Assembly (NCBI GenBank): GCA_030704615.1
Contig: CM060732.1
Span: 35,216,001-35,280,000, forward strand
Direction of reading: 5' to 3'
DNA length: 64,000 bases
Origin: Takakia lepidozioides
Lineage: Eukaryota; Plantae; Bryophyta
Shown here piece by piece: positions 59,661 through 64,000 of this stretch. Position 1 is the stretch's first letter. Every line of letters starts with the position of its first letter. The position numbers were made by a program, and so were the translations under genes. The notes beneath the pieces were generated by a model. That model saw only the letters and a program-made list of their open reading frames with translations. It ran no database searches and was not told the origin of the DNA.

Positions 59661-60138
59661 GGTGGATCCAGAACTCCAACACTCACAAATTCACTGCAAC
59701 ATTTGCACCAGATTACTATCACCACAGCTTCGACGCATATCAACTCACAATCCTTGACAAGAAAACGCAATCAATCCTGTACAGACTCGAGTCCCTCTCA
59801 CCCTCTCACGAGGGAGCCCGTCTCTCTACGCACAAGAGGAGATGGGGCTGGACCCTGGATAGTATATTCTATGTATATTCCTTCCGTCGAAGAGGATGGA
59901 TGAGACAAAGTGATCTCAGATGAATATAGAGAAGACTGAACTGAGAATTACCTCATCCACGAAAGTCACGATTTTGTGGCACAAAATATATTAAATATGT
60001 TAATTGATATTGTTTGAATTTCAATATGCTTTTGATCAATCGTGATTCTGCATCGTACAATCGAGAGATTCACTACCTTGTGATGAACGGTTGAGATGCA
60101 TCTGGCATATTGTAGTGGATAAGACCCCAGTTTTTTAT

Positions 60139-60861
60139 GCTTCTCATTGTTAAATAATTGGGAGTTTAAGGCTCACGTGTGTTAGGCGCCGGGCCCATGC
60201 ACTGACGTCGGCCCCTTTGGATGGCCCCGCTGTGACCCATGACCTGGCCAAGTGGGTGTGTCGCGAGGATAGGTCTGCCCCATGTATGGTCTACCGCTAG
60301 GTAGGGTCCACAGGTAGGGTCCACAGGCCCTCACCCTAGGTGAGACTCAGCTCGGGTGGGTCTGCCGCAAGGTAGGGTCCGCAGGCCCTGACCCTAGGCA
60401 GCATTGGGGCTGACTGCGGCTGTTTTCTAGGTTAAGAGAGAAAAAAATGTTGGGTTAGCAACAAGCAACGGGTAGTATGGTGGTTGGGTGCATTGAATAG
60501 TATCTATGAGATTGTGGGTTCAAATTTGGTTGCGCCAAATGTGTATTAATGATGGTTCTGGCTGACATTGCACGTGTATTAATGACCCTCTTTTTGATGG
60601 GCGAGTTTTCCCGCAAAAAAATTCTAAGTCCTGCGGGCGGGCTGCGGCGCAACGAGCAGACCATTCAGTTGGACCCAAGACCCGCGAGGAGACCCGACCT
60701 GCGAGCAGTGAGCGGACCCGACCCGACCTGCCAACAGACCCAACCTGCGAGCAGACCCGGACCCTCCAGGTGGTCGCGGGGGCGCTCGACATCCATGCAT
60801 AGAGCCCGCTGCCTGGCGCACACGTGCGTCTTAAATTCCCAATTATTAAAAAATGAGAAGC
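60139..60861. mobile_element. Mutator-like MITE upstream of PEX6
   Basis: ~80-bp TIRs (gcttctcatt...ataattggga.tttaag), inverted subterminal GGTAGGGTCC/GGACCCGACC repeats, and an imperfect 9-bp TSD gttttttat/gtttttagt. Confidence 0.8.
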
Positions 60862-60900
60862 GTTTTTAGTTTTAATTATTTGTTTTTGGTATTATTTGAC

Positions 60901-63450
60901 GCCTCTCATTTTTGAATAATTGGGAGTTTATGTCGCGCTTGTGGGACAGGGCGCACGGACGCGGGGTCGCCCTCCCCCGCCCCGCCCACCCCCACCTGCC
61001 TGCACGCCGCCCAGCCCGCCCCTGGACCGCGGCCCCCGCCCGCCCTCGCCGCTGGGTCCGCACCCAAGCCGAGACATGCTCCATACACATTTCGAACCCA
61101 TAACAATATCTCCACAGGTTTGTGCATCTCCTTGATTGAGCACCCGGTCAATAATCACCAAACTCCAAAGAGACCTGCCACAACGCAGGGCGGATCAGCA
61201 CAAGGGAACAGCTGCAAATCAAAATGGCAGACCCATTGAGCAGACTGGTAGACCTGGGCAGACCAATGTTGCACACCAGTGATGGTGGACCAATGATAAA
61301 GGGCAGAGAAACAGTGGTACGCACGAACAAAGAACACTTACCCATCAACTATTGGTACCAGTATGTACTTGCAGGTCTTCAACTCCTTCCCCATACGATG
61401 CACTGTCAATCCGTGCTCTACATGCGAGCGAACCCGTTCCTGACCTGCACTCCAGTGAATCTTCACTACACTCCAAACCCACGTCGGCAAAATAGCAACA
61501 TCGTTATATGTCTTGACATCCAGATCCTTCTGATAAAACCTACACCACAACTCAAGCAATCGGTCCGTAGCCTCGGATTCCTGTTTCTCTAGGGCTTTGA
61601 GGTCCTCGGTGGCAACACTGCACTCAAACTGTGGGTCGTTTTCAAAAAAGTACAGCATTGTTTTTCCCTCAGAGATATGTGCGTTGAAAGTGGAGCCAAA
61701 TCGGGCAGTGAACCTGCACAAACTCGGAAAAAACCTTTAAGAAGATAGACCACGACAGAACCAGGCTGGCGGACCCAGAAGGACCACAGCCAGAAGGACT
61801 AGACCTACAATGGATACGGTACCAGACCCAAGGACCAGACCAACGGAGCAGGCCAATGGAGCGGACGAACGGCAACCACATCGGACCCAGCAGACCCATG
61901 AAGCAGACCCATACAACCTTTTTGCTGCAGACCCATGGAGTTGGTGTGTTCAGAGCATCGCAAGCAGACCATCGACACTTACTTGTGTTTGTTACGGAGC
62001 TCTGCAACTTCGCTCTCCACTTCCAAGCAGACCTTCCGGTCAGCACTCATGTATACTCCGGACTTCGGTTTTTTTGCAACGCCTTTTTGGGGGGAAATTG
62101 TTTTTAGCCTCGGGTCTGCCACGCCATCTGGTATGCACTTCTTCCCACCTCTATTTGGTGAAGCAGGTTCCTCCAACTTCTTTTCCAATGCAACAGCCGT
62201 CTCCTTCATACCCTCCCGGAGCTGGCTAGCTCGGCTTCGCAACAAGATTTTGTCCTGGGGTTTATTAACACTCTGTGGTCCCATTCTAGACGCTTCCTGC
62301 ACTCCGTGGGTCGAACTGGCCCCTACGGTGGGGGTTATCACTACTGGTACACCCTTTGTGCTTGACCCCAAGTTGAGCACCTGCGATGGACCACGAACTA
62401 AGACCTCAAACGCCATAACCTTCACACGAATATCATACCACAAAACATCAGCAATGACCACCCAAATGCACTGGAAAAAAAAAATGTACTGCAAAAATGC
62501 AATGGAATCAGACCTTTGTGGGCGCTGTGGGTGTCTGCAATTGCGCCACTCCTGTGGTAGGTACATCTTCGACTACAGTGACTGAATCCAGAGAATGAGA
62601 AGGGACAGAAACATGTGCATGGGTTTCGATAAGGTATGATGAATGGTCTGTTGTCGGGTCGAACATGCGGAGCACCCTATCAACGGATTGGTCTATTGCC
62701 AGTATTGGGTCTACAGACGAGTCGGGGTCCACAAAAGTAAGCGGCAAAACGGCCAAAGATGCATCATCATCTGATGTAGACCCTGCCTCTAACAGATGGG
62801 GAAGGTCACCGACCAAACTGTCACAGTCATAGTCCATAGTTGCAATTGCAGAATTGGTCTGTACTATGGATAAATGAGCAGTGACACTTTCTCGATTATG
62901 TTCAGGCTGTGCTATGTCAGAAGGTCTGGTGGCAAGGGTAAGGTCCACTACCATTCTCTGCTTCTCAGCAGATGTTGCAATGGGGGGGAAAGGAATTGCT
63001 CCTCTCATTTTCGGCAACTCGTAAGTACCAGCACTACAACAGATGAGCGTTTTTATGACTACACATATGACTATTTTTTCAGTCCTATATGCGTTCATGA
63101 CTACATCACTCTGCAGTGAAAAAAACCCTGTCATAGCGACTAGTCTTTAGGAGTGCGTTTTGCAAGTCATGGCCGTGACTGCGTGCGTGGTACCTGGAGT
63201 CATGCTGCAGAGAGCGATGTAGTCACAACTATATGATTTATATATGATTAACTATATGACTACATGTCTACAAAGTATATGACTCCATGGGAGAGGCGTC
63301 AGAGGGACACATGTAGCACTCCAAATGTGACACGTGTCCACATGGATAACATATATGACCTACATGTGGGAAAAAATATCGTATCATATAATGTCACGAT
63401 GCCATGATGTAGTCATGAGTATATAACTTCATGACTAAAGAAGTTTTTTA
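60901..63450 (-). mobile_element. Related DNA transposon carrying a degenerate Ulp1-like protease
   Basis: Starts with a third copy of the TIR (gcctctcatttttgaataattgggagttta). Minus-strand KYILVPIVDG | ..HWS ... NQGDAQTCG (His and Gln/Cys motifs). ATGACTAC/GTAGTCA repeats at 63050-63440. Confidence 0.7.
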
Positions 63451-63560
63451 GTAATATTTTAATTTAATAAATTAAATCATACAATTATAATATTTAGATT
63501 ATTAATTGATTTAAATTCTCATTAGGTTTCTAGGAAAATAGAATGGAAGCCATTGTTGTC

Positions 63561-64000
63561 TTTATTTTTATTTTATTTTTTTTGTTAACAAAGAGGGACA
63601 GTGGGGGGACAGTGGCCTCCAAAACTTTATAGGTAATGGACATAAAATATCCTTGGATACAAAGAGGAAAAAATAACCTCTGGATAGAGTGCCATAGAGG
63701 CTGAAAGAGGAAGACACAGCTTCGTGTACCGAGACAAGAAAGAGTAGTAAAAGGAAAGCAAGTAAAGAAGGAGGTCTGCATAGAGCTAAAGAATCTAGCA
63801 AGAAAAGAGACTGCAGCCAGAAACTACTGCCATAACTTGGAAACAGAAAGGCACCGAGCTAAGGAGAAGAACTGAAAATCAGCTAACACTGTCATAAGAA
63901 AGCTGGGCCGTAGCCTTTCACTTCCTAAAAGATCTACAGATGGAGAGACATCCCTGCAGGGGTCGTGCTCTTCACCTCAAACCAACCAATTGATCATCTA
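63561..64000 (-). mobile_element. 3' end of retroelement family B (L1-like, A-rich tail), running off the window
   Basis: A-rich/(TAAAA)n tail on the minus strand; shared block with 42465-42577. Confidence 0.6.

Overview
Eukaryotic nuclear DNA from a land plant. The spliced GT-AG genes are diverged from angiosperm orthologues, so a non-seed plant is likely (inference). Five intact multi-exon genes were reconstructed by hand: nicotinamidase, an F-box/kelch-type protein, a GalT-like ADP-glucose phosphorylase, a RIN4/NOI protein and PEX6. There is also a small membrane-protein ORF and an intronless F-box pseudogene. About half the window is transposon-derived. (i) A ~9 kb element (22.3-31.4 kb) is bounded by long inverted repeats and holds captured gene pieces (Pack-MULE-like): a frameshifted HECT E3 ligase domain and genomic fragments of NDA, PPO2 and DRG. 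(ii) An adjacent ~10.6 kb degenerate Mutator-like element carries a transposase related to the At1g60560/At4g13970 SWIM genes, a Zn-finger/Ulp1 protease gene and an unknown cargo ORF. (iii) About ten fragments of one non-LTR retrotransposon family lack a poly(A) tail, end in GAGTACA, insert at TCT sites with TSDs and keep a covarying 3'UTR hairpin. (iv) A Mutator-type MITE and a second Ulp1-bearing element lie upstream of PEX6. All homology calls come from recalled motifs; no database search was run.
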